Source: Candidatus Kerfeldbacteria bacterium (GTDB lineage: Bacteria > Patescibacteriota > Patescibacteriia > SBBC01 > CAIJZX01). From it: a DNA stretch of 64,000 nucleotides. Position 1 is the stretch's first letter; every line of letters starts with the position of its first letter. This document shows, one piece after another, positions 27,336 through 37,359 of the stretch. The notes beneath the pieces were generated by a model. The model saw nothing but the letters and a program-made list of their open reading frames with translations, did no database searches and was not told the origin of the DNA. Location: NCBI GenBank assembly GCA_963731735.1, contig CAVSWO010000002.1, positions 334,106-398,105 of the forward strand, in the 5' to 3' direction. The position numbers and the translations under genes are program-made.

Positions 27336-29861
27336 TTGTTTATGCCCGAACTCCCAAAAGCCTACCAACCGTCCGAACACGAAGCCGCGATGTATAAGCG
27401 TTGGGAATCGTCTGGCTATTTTAATCCGGACAATTTACCAAACGCTAAAAAGCGCAAACCGTTTTCAATCGCTATGCCGCCGCCAAATATTACCGGTGAG
27501 CTGCACATGGGTCACGCGCTTGGCATGACGTTGGAGGACATCATGATCCGGTACCAGCGCATGCAGGGGCGGTCGGCCTTATGGTTGCCGGGCACGGATC
27601 ACGCGGCCATCGCCACCCAGGTATTAGTCGAACGGGAGTTACGATCTGAAGGGATTGATCGAAAGAGGCTCGGTCGCGAGAAGTTTCTGGAGCGGGTATG
27701 GCTTTGGAAGGCTAAGTACGGTGGACGGATTGTCGAACAAATTAAGCGGCTTGGCGCCTCGGCCGACTGGTCGCGCGAACGCTTTACGATGGATGATGGT
27801 TTGACCCTGGCGGTCCAAACCGCTTTCAAAAAGCTGTATGACGATGGGTTAATTTACCGTGGCGAGCGGATGATTAATTGGTGCTGGGAGTGCGGCACCG
27901 CGATTTCTGATCTTGAAGTTGAGCACCAAGACACGCCCGGTAAACTTTGGTACCTTCGCTACCCAGTTGTCGACAGTCAGCAAAGCCTGGTGGTGGCTAC
28001 GACGCGACCGGAAACCCTGCTCGGCGATACAGCCGTGGCGGTCAATCCGGATGATGAGCGCTATGCCCAACTGATCGGGAAACGCGTTCGCTTACCGATC
28101 GCCAATCGGGAAATTCCAATTATTGCCGATGCGAGAATTGATCAAGCCTTCGGCACCGGGGCGGTCAAAGTTACGCCCGCCCACGATCCGCTTGATTTTG
28201 AGCTGGGGCAGACCCATCAGCTCCCGCGCCTGCAAGTCATCGGTTTTGACGGAAAAATGACTCCTGAAGCCGGACCGGGTTGGGCCGGACTTTCCATTGG
28301 CAAGGCGCGGGAACAGGTGTTAACCAAGCTGCGGGAGCTGGGGGCGCTCGAGCGTGAACAAGATTATATTCATGCCGTCGGCACCTGTTCGCGCTCGAGA
28401 ACTCCGGTTGAGCCGCTGGTCTCACGGCAATGGTTCTTGCGAATGGCTGGGTTAGCCAAGCCGGCCATGCGGGCGGTTCGCAGCGGTAAAGTAAAAATCG
28501 TTCCGGAGCGTTATACCAAGACATTCTTCCATTGGATGGAACATATTCGGGACTGGAACATTTCCCGCCAAATTTGGTGGGGTCATCGTCTGCCGGTTTG
28601 GTATCAACGGGCTGATGTTCGGCATGAAAACCCAACCGTCGCTTTGCAGCGACCCGGCCCAAGCTGGGTGCAGGAGGAAGACACGCTCGACACCTGGTTT
28701 TCTTCTGGGCTTTGGACTTTCTCCACCCTGGGTTGGCCAAAAAAGACTAAGGATCTGGAGCGATTCCACCCAACCGCGGTGATGGAAACTGGTTGGGATA
28801 TTTTGTTCTTCTGGGTCGCGCGAATGATGATGTTGTCGCTCTACTTCATGAAAGAGGTTCCCTTTAAAACAATTTACCTTCACGGCCTGGTCTTGGATGA
28901 CCAGGGACGGAAGATGTCAAAGTCGAAGGGCACCGGTATTGATCCGCTGCCGTTGGCGGATCGGTATGGTATGGACGCGCTCCGGATGAGCCTGATTGTC
29001 GGCAATGCGCCCGGCCAAGATTTCCGGTTGTTCGAGAAAAAAATTGAGGGCTATCGGAATTTTGCCAACAAGCTCTGGAATATCGGTCGCTTCATTATTC
29101 AACAGCCCGGCGCGGCCAAGCCTCGAACCCCGTCTCTGGCTGATAATTGGATTGTCTGGAAACTTGGGCAGTTGGTGACCGAGGTAACCGCCGCCATTGA
29201 TCGGTATGATTTCTCTCTGGCTGGGCAACGACTATATGATTTTGTTTGGCACGATTTCGCTGATTGGTATTTAGAGGCCAGCAAGGTTCATCCGAACCCA
29301 GCCATGCTTCGGACCGTGTTTGAAATCGTGTTGCCGCTCTTGCATCCGTTCATGCCCTTTATTACCGAGCGATTATGGCAAGCGCTCGGCAAGCCGGCCT
29401 TGGTCATGGTTTCTCCCTGGCCGAAACCACCGGCTGCTTGGAAGCGCCAGCGTGCCGCCGGACAGGCCTTTGAACAACTCCGCGCAACGGTGGTAGCGCT
29501 TCGCCATTTCAAGCTCCACAGCCAACTCCCGGCCAATACGGCGGCTGCTTGTGCCGGACAGATTGACGAGGAATTGATTCGAGCGCTGACGGGAATTCAT
29601 GTTCGCTGCCAACCGCGGCTTGAAATCGTCGGCGGGTACCGCGAAATTGTCCTGGGGACTTCGCGCTTCCAGTTTCCAATTGAATATATTGATCGATTCG
29701 AACGTTGGCGGCAAAAAGAACGGACCTCGCTCGAGCACTATCGTGACCGTCTCAAAACTAAGCTGTCCAATCAAGCTTTTGTAAAACACGCGCCGTCTGA
29801 ATTGGTCAAGGCCGAACAACAAAAATTGGCCGAGACGGAACAGCGTCTCCTAGAGCTTTAG
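27336..29861 (+). CDS. valS: valyl-tRNA synthetase
   Basis: PPPNITGELHMGHA (HIGH), KMSKSKGT; 841 aa. Confidence 0.97.
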   Translation: MFMPELPKAYQPSEHEAAMYKRWESSGYFNPDNLPNAKKRKPFSIAMPPPNITGELHMGHALGMTLEDIMIRYQRMQGRSALWLPGTDHAAIATQVLVERELRSEGIDRKRLGREKFLERVWLWKAKYGGRIVEQIKRLGASADWSRERFTMDDGLTLAVQTAFKKLYDDGLIYRGERMINWCWECGTAISDLEVEHQDTPGKLWYLRYPVVDSQQSLVVATTRPETLLGDTAVAVNPDDERYAQLIGKRVRLPIANREIPIIADARIDQAFGTGAVKVTPAHDPLDFELGQTHQLPRLQVIGFDGKMTPEAGPGWAGLSIGKAREQVLTKLRELGALEREQDYIHAVGTCSRSRTPVEPLVSRQWFLRMAGLAKPAMRAVRSGKVKIVPERYTKTFFHWMEHIRDWNISRQIWWGHRLPVWYQRADVRHENPTVALQRPGPSWVQEEDTLDTWFSSGLWTFSTLGWPKKTKDLERFHPTAVMETGWDILFFWVARMMMLSLYFMKEVPFKTIYLHGLVLDDQGRKMSKSKGTGIDPLPLADRYGMDALRMSLIVGNAPGQDFRLFEKKIEGYRNFANKLWNIGRFIIQQPGAAKPRTPSLADNWIVWKLGQLVTEVTAAIDRYDFSLAGQRLYDFVWHDFADWYLEASKVHPNPAMLRTVFEIVLPLLHPFMPFITERLWQALGKPALVMVSPWPKPPAAWKRQRAAGQAFEQLRATVVALRHFKLHSQLPANTAAACAGQIDEELIRALTGIHVRCQPRLEIVGGYREIVLGTSRFQFPIEYIDRFERWRQKERTSLEHYRDRLKTKLSNQAFVKHAPSELVKAEQQKLAETEQRLLEL

Positions 29862-30463
29862 GACAGGTTCAGTGCTTGTAACGCCTGGGCGTAGGTCTGG
29901 TCTCGATCGTTGACCTGAATGACTGGGAATTGGTACTTTGTGGCTTCTCGCAGAAAGAAATCCGCGTGCATGGGTAACCATTGCACCTCGCGTTCTTTCA
30001 CCCAATCCGAGTAGGTGTTGGCGGCCGCCCAAACACCGCGCTCATAAACCGTTTGGCGAATCCGTTCGGGATCCTTATCGACCAGAAATATTGCTCGGGC
30101 CGATGTTTGATATTCCTGAAAAATGAGTTCTGGCAGAAGGGAAACCCCTTCAATAATCCCGCCGAATCCGTCCTGGATCTTTTTTTGAATGAAGGGCCAA
30201 ATTTCTCTTCCCTCGTCGATTTCGTGTTGCATTACTTCTTGTGGTGAACGCTTCTTCCAGAATTCTTCGGCGGTGATGTCCAGCAATTCCGCTTGCTTTG
30301 GGTACTTATTGGGGTTGTTTTTGGCCAACTCACGCACGTCATCACGAAATTCGTCAACCTGCAATATCGGTAACCCGAGGTGTTGCCCAAGTTGTTTTGC
30401 GACAAATGATTTCCCGGCGGCCGGGGAGCCACCGATGAAAATTGGTTGGCCGTCTGTTGGCAT
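29858..30463 (-). CDS. P-loop NTPase/kinase-like protein
   Basis: GGSPAAGKS Walker A; AAA_33-like. Confidence 0.5.
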   Translation of the reverse strand: MPTDGQPIFIGGSPAAGKSFVAKQLGQHLGLPILQVDEFRDDVRELAKNNPNKYPKQAELLDITAEEFWKKRSPQEVMQHEIDEGREIWPFIQKKIQDGFGGIIEGVSLLPELIFQEYQTSARAIFLVDKDPERIRQTVYERGVWAAANTYSDWVKEREVQWLPMHADFFLREATKYQFPVIQVNDRDQTYAQALQALNLS

Positions 30464-30464
30464 A

Positions 30465-32144
30465 CTACTGCGCCACCCGGAAGACCTCTTCGACGCTGGT
30501 TAGGCCATCGAGGGCTTTCAGTAGTCCGTCTTGGGCCATCGTCACCATGCCTTGTTTTTGGGCAGCATCCCGCATCGCATATTCACTGACATTTCCGGCC
30601 AGGATAATTTTTTCCATGACATCGTCGATCAGCAAAACTTCAAAAATACCGATCCGGCCCTGATAGCCGAGGCCATGACACTGATCGCACCCCAAACCGC
30701 GTTTGAAATTGAGCGCCGCGTCCGCAGCCGGAGCAACGCCGGCCGAGGCCGGTATGTCGTTCAGCATTTTTTTGATACGGGCTTGCGTCGCTTCATCAAG
30801 CTCGGCTGGCGCCTGGCAATGGGTACAAAGCCGGCGAACGAGTCGTTGGGCCACGACCGCGTTGAGGGCCGGCGCCACTAAGAAGGGCTTAGCCCCCATC
30901 GCCAGAAATCGGGGGATAGCTCCAGCCGCATCGTTGGTGTGGACGGTTGAAAGTACCAGGTGTCCGGTGAGGGCGGCCTGGATCGCGGTTTCGGCGGTTT
31001 CCAAATCACGGATTTCTCCGACCATGATGATGTCCGGATCTTGGCGAAGAATTGAGCGCAGGCCTTTAGCAAAGGTATACCCCTTGCCCCAATCCACCTG
31101 GCTTTGATTAATGCCCTCGAGTTTATACTCGATCGGATCTTCGAGGGTGATAATTTTTGTATCGGGTTGATTGAGCTCATTCAAGACCGCATAGAGGGTG
31201 GTGGTTTTTCCGGAACCAGTCGGCCCAGTCACGACCACCATGCCGTTCGGTCGCTGAATTTCTTGCTTGAGAATTTCATAGGCTCGTCCGCGAAGTCCAA
31301 GATCAGAATAACGAATGCCGGCCGCCGAAGCTTTGAGGATACGCATCACGACGCTTTCGCCGAAGGCGGTCGGGAGGGTTGATACGCGCACGTCAATTTT
31401 GTCGTCTTCGAGATAAATTGTGATCCGGCCATCCTGCGGTACGCTGGTCAGATTAAGCTTCAATCCAGACAACAGTTTAATCCGGGAAATAATGCGCGGC
31501 CAAAGTTCATGTGCCAAGGTCGCCACGGTTGTTAAGACCCCGTCAATTCGGAAGCGAACTCTGACCGCGTCTTCTTCGGCTTCGATATGAATATCCGAAG
31601 AATTTGATTCGATCGCGCCGGCCAAAATAATCGTAAAGACATCCGTAATCGAGGCGCTTCGGATGTGTTTATCGAGGTGGCGAAAATCCTTAATTTGTGT
31701 TCGGTAGCGCTCTATTTCTTCTTGGGCCAGGGCAATGCCGCTGACGTGCTGCACAATCTTGGGCAGGCGTTGATAGTTTTTTAAGGCGGTTTCAAGGCTG
31801 TGCTGCGAAATCAGGTAGAGCTCCACGTTGGCATGATGCTTGTCGCCAAGCGTCTCCCTCAGCCCCGGCAAATCGGGTTGCGATGGATCAATCACGCCTA
31901 AGCGGATTTCATTTTGCGTGCGCAAAAAACAGACGGCTTGCAGGCGTCGCGCCTCGGCCTCGGGAATGGTCGCGATAGTTTCTGGGCCGATCGGAAACCC
32001 GACCAGGTTAATATACCCGAGTCCTGCCTGGGACGCTTGTGCTTGGGTTTCTTGTTCTTTTTCTTTGAGCGCGATTTGCGCCATTTTGTCCTGGAGTGCC
32101 GACTCAACGTTCGGCGGCGCCACGTGCGGTGTAGACGGTGTCAT
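30465..32144 (-). CDS. pilB: type II secretion / type IV pilus assembly ATPase (GspE/PilB family)
   Basis: VVTGPTGSGKTTTLYA Walker A, Asp and His boxes, tetracysteine CTHC...CDQC motif. Confidence 0.9.
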   Translation of the reverse strand: MTPSTPHVAPPNVESALQDKMAQIALKEKEQETQAQASQAGLGYINLVGFPIGPETIATIPEAEARRLQAVCFLRTQNEIRLGVIDPSQPDLPGLRETLGDKHHANVELYLISQHSLETALKNYQRLPKIVQHVSGIALAQEEIERYRTQIKDFRHLDKHIRSASITDVFTIILAGAIESNSSDIHIEAEEDAVRVRFRIDGVLTTVATLAHELWPRIISRIKLLSGLKLNLTSVPQDGRITIYLEDDKIDVRVSTLPTAFGESVVMRILKASAAGIRYSDLGLRGRAYEILKQEIQRPNGMVVVTGPTGSGKTTTLYAVLNELNQPDTKIITLEDPIEYKLEGINQSQVDWGKGYTFAKGLRSILRQDPDIIMVGEIRDLETAETAIQAALTGHLVLSTVHTNDAAGAIPRFLAMGAKPFLVAPALNAVVAQRLVRRLCTHCQAPAELDEATQARIKKMLNDIPASAGVAPAADAALNFKRGLGCDQCHGLGYQGRIGIFEVLLIDDVMEKIILAGNVSEYAMRDAAQKQGMVTMAQDGLLKALDGLTSVEEVFRVAQ

Positions 32145-32173
32145 ACCGCCGGGTAGTATACCAAACCTGCCGC

Positions 32174-33310
32174 TTAGCGCCCAGGTTGCTTGGTCGGTTG
32201 ACTGAGCGCCGCCACCAGCGTTTCAACCACCGTCGAAACTTGGCCTGGGATGCGGCCGCGAAGTTGTTCGGCCGAATACTCCGTTAGTTCAGCCGGAAGT
32301 TTCGGAAGCGAGTGGTGGGCCGGGTGCAACAGCGCTACATCGACATGTTGCGGGCTTGCAATCAGGAGTAGGTAATAGGTTGCCTCGGGCGTATTGGTAA
32401 TCAGTTCATCCAAGACACCATACGCTTGGTCGGCTTGGACGCCGAGTTCTTGAAGGTCTTGGGTGGTTAGGCTGGTCCAGACAGTGGTATGGTCATCCGA
32501 GGCCTGAAGCTTCGTCAAGGCGCGTCCCCAGAGCTTAAGTGTGTTGAGTGATTTCGTTTGATACAAGTTACGCACAATTTCATCGCGGTGCGCCCCGGCC
32601 GCCACCAGATGGCTGGCCACCGCCAGAGAGCGCGGAGTGACCGTCTGGCTTTGGAAACCCTTGGTCTTCGACATAATACCGGCCAGCAGAGTAGTGGCCA
32701 GCTGCTCGCTGAACAGTTCGGGATCGAGGGTCTGAATCATCGCAAACACTATTTCCGACACTGAGTTGGCAACGACGTCGACCAGGGGAACTTGGCCAAA
32801 ACGCGTATTGGCTGGGTGGTGGTCGATATTTATAGTTGGCGTGTGCGCGAAAAATTCAACATTCTGCTCATAAAGCGATCCGAGTTGGTCCAGGTTTGTC
32901 AGATCAAGTGTGAGAATCACATCGTGCGCAAAGGGGCCGCTTGAGAGCGTGATGTCTTGTTGTTCAAATTGGCCTTGTTTTGGATTTAAATAAATGTGTA
33001 ATTGATTGCCCTGGAGGTCGTAGCTTAACGAACCGAGTTTGGCCCGGCTTGTATCGACGCTAATGACAAAGTTGCGAAGATTTTTGAGTTCTTGCTGGAC
33101 GTTTTGACTGTTTGGCAGAAAGGCGTGTTCCGGGGCCAAGCTAAATTCGGGACTGACAATTTTGGCCGCTTTGCCGAGTTTTTCACAAACTAAAAAAAGT
33201 CCCAATGCCGCCGCCAACGCATCGGTTGATGGCTTTTTTGGTATACTGATAAGTGGCGATTTGCTGGTTTGTATCAGCGCGATGGCGGGCTGAAAGTCCA
33301 AAGTATTCAT
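32174..33310 (-). CDS. nrnA: DHH-DHHA1 family phosphoesterase (NrnA-like)
   Basis: INIDHH motif, GxxxT region. Confidence 0.7.
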   Translation of the reverse strand: MNTLDFQPAIALIQTSKSPLISIPKKPSTDALAAALGLFLVCEKLGKAAKIVSPEFSLAPEHAFLPNSQNVQQELKNLRNFVISVDTSRAKLGSLSYDLQGNQLHIYLNPKQGQFEQQDITLSSGPFAHDVILTLDLTNLDQLGSLYEQNVEFFAHTPTINIDHHPANTRFGQVPLVDVVANSVSEIVFAMIQTLDPELFSEQLATTLLAGIMSKTKGFQSQTVTPRSLAVASHLVAAGAHRDEIVRNLYQTKSLNTLKLWGRALTKLQASDDHTTVWTSLTTQDLQELGVQADQAYGVLDELITNTPEATYYLLLIASPQHVDVALLHPAHHSLPKLPAELTEYSAEQLRGRIPGQVSTVVETLVAALSQPTKQPGR

Positions 33311-33848
33311 GAAACAATTACGTGGTCGATCCGGTCAACGGGTTCCGGGCAAGCGACAAAAAAAGAATATCGGAGCTTACCAGGCTGGCCGCCGGCTGTC
33401 AATCCGGTTGGCCTCAGCCGCCGCTACCCGTCAGCTCGGTGCTCGGCTGGCCCTGCAACCAGGCCCTGCGTTGTGGCTGCTGTCAGGGCCGCTTGGCAGC
33501 GGAAAAACCACCTTGATTCGGGGGGCGCTTCGGGCCCTGGGGGTTGCCGCGCCGGTCAAAAGTCCAACCTTTGGGCTAGTCCACCGCTACCCGGTTACCC
33601 GGCACTGGCGTTGGGTGGTGCATATAGATGCCTATCGGGTAACGTCACCGTCCGAATACGCGGCCCTGGATATTGAGGCGGCGATCCATGATCCCGATAC
33701 GCTGGTTTTGATTGAGTGGCCTGAACGCCTTAAAGTCACCTGGCGAACTCCCCGGCGGATAATTCAGTTACAACACCGCCCGAGCGGACGGTTGGTGACC
33801 GTTCGGACTAGCCCGATGCGGCGGCCGCTAATCCGGTCCCGCGACTAA
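33309..33848 (+). CDS. tsaE: tRNA threonylcarbamoyladenosine biosynthesis protein TsaE
   Basis: LLSGPLGSGKTTLIRGALRALG...SPTFGLVHRY. Confidence 0.8.
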   Translation: MKQLRGRSGQRVPGKRQKKNIGAYQAGRRLSIRLASAAATRQLGARLALQPGPALWLLSGPLGSGKTTLIRGALRALGVAAPVKSPTFGLVHRYPVTRHWRWVVHIDAYRVTSPSEYAALDIEAAIHDPDTLVLIEWPERLKVTWRTPRRIIQLQHRPSGRLVTVRTSPMRRPLIRSRD

Positions 33849-34065
33849 GCGCGTCGTCAACGACCATTTCCCTGGCATGGAAGGCGATCACCTGTTCCGG
33901 GCTAATTAAGAGTGGGCTGCTGACCATATCAGGCACCAATCGGTTAGGTTTGACGTGATACTGCACCACCGCCTGGGTATCCGGATCAATTTCAATATCT
34001 ACCACGTGGCCGAGCAGTTGCCCGGATTCGGTGCGAACAGCGAGGCGAAGTGGTTTGACGCGCAT
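33808..34065 (-). CDS. PRC-barrel-like small protein (YlmC/YmxH-like), tentative
   Basis: GQLLGHVVDIEIDPDTQAVVQYHV; 3' end overlaps tsaE 3' end convergently. Confidence 0.35.
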   Translation of the reverse strand: MRVKPLRLAVRTESGQLLGHVVDIEIDPDTQAVVQYHVKPNRLVPDMVSSPLLISPEQVIAFHAREMVVDDALSRGTGLAAAASG

Positions 34066-34844
34066 TATTGATTCGAAACTACTGGTGACGCCTCGGGTTT
34101 TGGTAGCGGGTGCCGGCGCAAGAACAAATACTGTTGACCCACGGTGAAGAGGGTGGATACGAACCAGTAGAGAGCCAGCCCGGCCGGCAAGGTATACGAG
34201 ATATATCCGGTAATAAGCGGAAACAGGTAGGTCATCTGTCGGTTCATGCTGCTGGTCATGGCTTCATCCCGCGCTTCCGGCGTTTTTGGCTCTTTCGGAG
34301 CAGCTAACATACGAGATTGCCAGAATTGTGAGGCGGCGGCTAAGAGTGCCATCACGACATTGTGGTTTTTAGCCAAATCGACCCACCCAAACAACGATGT
34401 ATTCAAGACGGTTGTTTCGTAAAAATGGCGCATGGCTGGATACACGTTTTGGAGTTGGTCGTGGCTGAGCATGCCCGCGTCATCAACCTTAAGTCCGTTC
34501 AGGAACACACGGAACAGGGCCCAGAGAATTGGCAATTGAATCAATATCGGCAAACATGAGGACAACGGATTGACCTTATTTTCTTTGTACAACTTCATTT
34601 GCTCGCGTGCCAGCTCTTCTTTGTTGTCCTTATATTTTTGTTGCAGCGCTTTGAGTTTTGGTTGGATGGACGTCAGTTGCCGGGAAGCGCGGATGGCAGC
34701 CAGCGACGGAGTGTAGAGAATAAACTTAATCAGCAGTGTAACCGCAATAATCGCTACGCCCATGTCCTGGCCGGGCAGGGATTTTTGCAAAAACAAAACG
34801 GCGTTAAAAATTGGTTGGTAGATGAGCAGGACGAACGGATTCAT
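34065..34844 (-). CDS. yidC: membrane protein insertase YidC (short form)
   Basis: Conserved YidC/Oxa1 core ...CLPILIQLPILWALF... Confidence 0.85.
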   Translation of the reverse strand: MNPFVLLIYQPIFNAVLFLQKSLPGQDMGVAIIAVTLLIKFILYTPSLAAIRASRQLTSIQPKLKALQQKYKDNKEELAREQMKLYKENKVNPLSSCLPILIQLPILWALFRVFLNGLKVDDAGMLSHDQLQNVYPAMRHFYETTVLNTSLFGWVDLAKNHNVVMALLAAASQFWQSRMLAAPKEPKTPEARDEAMTSSMNRQMTYLFPLITGYISYTLPAGLALYWFVSTLFTVGQQYLFLRRHPLPKPEASPVVSNQ

Positions 34845-35083
34845 GATTTATGCGGAATTACATCAACGCCGCCCGGGCTCCACGGATGACAGCGCAGGAG
34901 CCGGCGAATACCAAGCCACAACCCGCGTCCGGTGCCGTGCTCAAGCACGGCCTGTCGCGTATATTCAGAACAGGTTGGATAAAACCGACAGTATCCGTAG
35001 GGGTGGCGATCGCGAAACCAGCCATGATCAGGCGAAAGACTGATTTGATACCAATGAATAAGCTTAGCGATGGCGTTTTTCAT
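34841..35083 (-). CDS. yidD: membrane protein insertion efficiency factor YidD
   Basis: CRFYPTCSEY hallmark; start at MKNAIAKLIHWYQ. Confidence 0.85.
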   Translation of the reverse strand: MKNAIAKLIHWYQISLSPDHGWFRDRHPYGYCRFYPTCSEYTRQAVLEHGTGRGLWLGIRRLLRCHPWSPGGVDVIPHKS

Positions 35084-35411
35084 GCGGTGTATAGTGTAGC
35101 AGTTTTTCGATTTCTGCGGTAAGCGCTCGGCTTGTCTGTTCCGCGGCGCCGGGGTGGGCAATGATCAGGAAATCGTGGCACGGGGCGCGGGTGGGGACTG
35201 CGGTGACGATGGCGCGCAGGCGACGTTTGAGGGTGTTGCGCTTATTGGCGAGCTTAGAAACCTTTTTCCCGACAATAAACCCAAATCGGTTCTGTTTTTT
35301 GTTGGTGGGTTTTGTGCGGATGGTAAGCCACCGGCCGCGCAATGCCCGGCTCCCACGCCCAAAGGCCCGGAACTCGCGGTCCGCGGTTATGCGTTGTGCT
35401 CGCGGGAGCAT
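35064..35411 (-). CDS. rnpA: ribonuclease P protein component
   Basis: RLxxxxEF...FGFIVGKKVSKLANKRNTLKRRLR. Confidence 0.85.
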   Translation of the reverse strand: MLPRAQRITADREFRAFGRGSRALRGRWLTIRTKPTNKKQNRFGFIVGKKVSKLANKRNTLKRRLRAIVTAVPTRAPCHDFLIIAHPGAAEQTSRALTAEIEKLLHYTPHEKRHR

Positions 35412-35415
35412 GTGG

Positions 35416-35553
35416 TTAAACGGATACGCGCTTGCGCCCCTTGGCTCGGCGACGCTTGGTGGTGTTGCGGCCGCCCGGGGAACGTTGACGCTTTAAAAAG
35501 CCGTGGACGCGGGCTCGGCGACGTTTTTTTGGTTGATAGGTGCGTTTGGGCAT
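35416..35553 (-). CDS. rpmH: 50S ribosomal protein L34
   Basis: [45 protein letters not shown] (45 aa), missed by ORF track (<60 aa). Confidence 0.85.
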   Translation of the reverse strand: MPKRTYQPKKRRRARVHGFLKRQRSPGGRNTTKRRRAKGRKRVSV

Positions 35554-35640
35554 AGAAAATCCCGGTCAGTGTACCAGTCAGTTTGGCTTCGGTCAACCGC
35601 TATTCGTTGACCAGGGGATATGCTACATTGGCTTCACAAG

Positions 35641-35649
35641 TTATCCACA
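35641..35649 (+). promoter_or_regulatory. perfect DnaA box TTATCCACA in the rpmH-dnaA divergent region (a second, imperfect box TGTGGATTG at 35691)
   Basis: exact consensus 9-mer. Confidence 0.5.
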
Positions 35650-35744
35650 GTATATCAACTTTTTGGCTAATTTTAGCGTTTTTTCTGGCCTGTGGATTGT
35701 GCTATTATGGTCCTTGCGACTCCTTTGGCCTATTGAGTTTCTCA

Positions 35745-37112
35745 ATGAACGACACAAACCAACTCTGGCAGGCGGCGCTGGGGGAACTAGAACTCCACCT
35801 CAGTAAAGCAAACTTCACAACCTGGTTTAAAAACACCTTTATCGCCGAGCATGATGGTCGGCGCGTTGTGGTTGGTGTGCCAAATGGGTTTACCAAGGCC
35901 TGGTTAGAGCAAAAATACCACGAGGCGATTGTCAAAGCGCTCCATCACGCCAGCAATAAATCGGTTGAAGAGGTAAGTTATCGGGTTGAGTCTCCGCAGC
36001 GATCCGCCCAGGCGTCAGCGGACGCGCCAGCTAGTTCTGGTCAACCCGCGGCTCGCCCGGCTGTGTCGGCAACCAGCTCTCAAACACACACGGGTGTAAA
36101 CCCGAAACACACTTTCGAGCATTTTGTGATTGGGAAAGGTAATGAGTTGGCGCGAGCGGCCGCCAAGGCGGTCTCAGACAAGCCTGGCCAGGTCTATAAT
36201 CCGCTCTTTATTTACGGTGGGGTGGGATTAGGAAAAACACACCTTATTCAGGCGGTTGGAAATGAAATTTTGGCACGTGATCCAAATAAGCGAGTGTTGT
36301 ATGTAACCTCGGAGCGCTTTACGAATGAGTTTATTCAGGCAGTTTCGCGCGGGAGCGCGGAAAAGTTCAAGAATTTTTATCGCGGCGTTGATGCGTTGTT
36401 GATCGATGATATTCAGTTCTTATCTGGCAAGGAGGGAACTCAGGAAGAATTCTTTCATACCTTTAATGCGCTCCATCAAGCAAATAAGCAGCTGGTAATT
36501 ACTTCCGACCGGCCGCCGAAGTCGATCGCGGCGCTTGAGGCGCGCCTGCTTTCGCGCTTTGAGTGGGGCATGATAGCGGATATCGCCCAGCCCGACCTTG
36601 AAACTCGGATTGCCATCTTAGAAGCGAAGTGTCGCGAAAAGAATTATCAACTTGAACCGGAGGTGGTTGCCTATGTCGCCTCAACGGTTCAGAGTAACAT
36701 TCGTGAGCTCGAAGGGGCGCTCAACCGCCTAATTGCCTACCACCAGCTCAACAATGCCCAACCGACGCTCGAGGCCGCCAAAAACATCCTGGGGTCGCTT
36801 GCCCAGGCCCCGCGCCGCGGGGGAATTACCCCGAAACAACTGATTCAAACCGTGGCCACCTTTTTTGACCTTTCGATTGAAGACTTGGTTGGCGCCAGCC
36901 GAAAAAAAGAGCTGGTTGAGCCCCGCCAAATTGCCATGTATCTGTTACGCGAAGAATTACGCTCTTCATTTCCGGCTATCGGCAATGAGCTTGGCGGGCG
37001 TGATCACACCACGGCTATGCACGCCTGTACAAAAATCACCAAACAGATTGAGAAAGATGAAAAAACAAAACAGGATGTTTCATTAATTAAGCAGCGCCTG
37101 TACGCGGCTTGA
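35745..37112 (+). CDS. dnaA: chromosomal replication initiator protein DnaA
   Basis: GGVGLGKTHLIQAVGN Walker A, box VII, C-terminal DnaA-box-binding domain; start set at MNDTNQLWQ. Confidence 0.95.
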   Translation: MNDTNQLWQAALGELELHLSKANFTTWFKNTFIAEHDGRRVVVGVPNGFTKAWLEQKYHEAIVKALHHASNKSVEEVSYRVESPQRSAQASADAPASSGQPAARPAVSATSSQTHTGVNPKHTFEHFVIGKGNELARAAAKAVSDKPGQVYNPLFIYGGVGLGKTHLIQAVGNEILARDPNKRVLYVTSERFTNEFIQAVSRGSAEKFKNFYRGVDALLIDDIQFLSGKEGTQEEFFHTFNALHQANKQLVITSDRPPKSIAALEARLLSRFEWGMIADIAQPDLETRIAILEAKCREKNYQLEPEVVAYVASTVQSNIRELEGALNRLIAYHQLNNAQPTLEAAKNILGSLAQAPRRGGITPKQLIQTVATFFDLSIEDLVGASRKKELVEPRQIAMYLLREELRSSFPAIGNELGGRDHTTAMHACTKITKQIEKDEKTKQDVSLIKQRLYAA

Positions 37113-37359
37113 GTGGGGATGGGCTGTGGTTATGGCCTGTGAAAAAATTGTTTCTCGCGCGCACAGTCTGTGGATGTCGCGGGGAACGGCGGGCAAGGTT
37201 TTCCACGCGCGTCTTGCCTGAAAAAACTTTTCCCGATATAGCACTGTAAGTTCTCCGATTCTCCGTCCACTCCGGCCACACGTTTCCAGCTTCGCCTGAC
37301 GAGTCCGACTGAGTTTTCCCCCTCATCCACATGCCTTACTACTACCACTACAATACAAT
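37113..37359 (+). promoter_or_regulatory. candidate oriC: dnaA-dnaN intergenic region with several DnaA-box-like 9-mers (TGTGGTTAT, TGTGGATGT, TTTTCCACG, TCATCCACA) and an AT-rich 3' end
   Basis: position between dnaA and dnaN plus box-like motifs. Confidence 0.45.

Noticed and set aside
27599-29822. Numerous antisense or alternative-frame ORFs inside valS (and likewise inside PBP1, dnaA, pilB, glgA genes)
   Set aside because: They are embedded in strongly supported genes on the other strand or frame and lack start signals; treated as noise.
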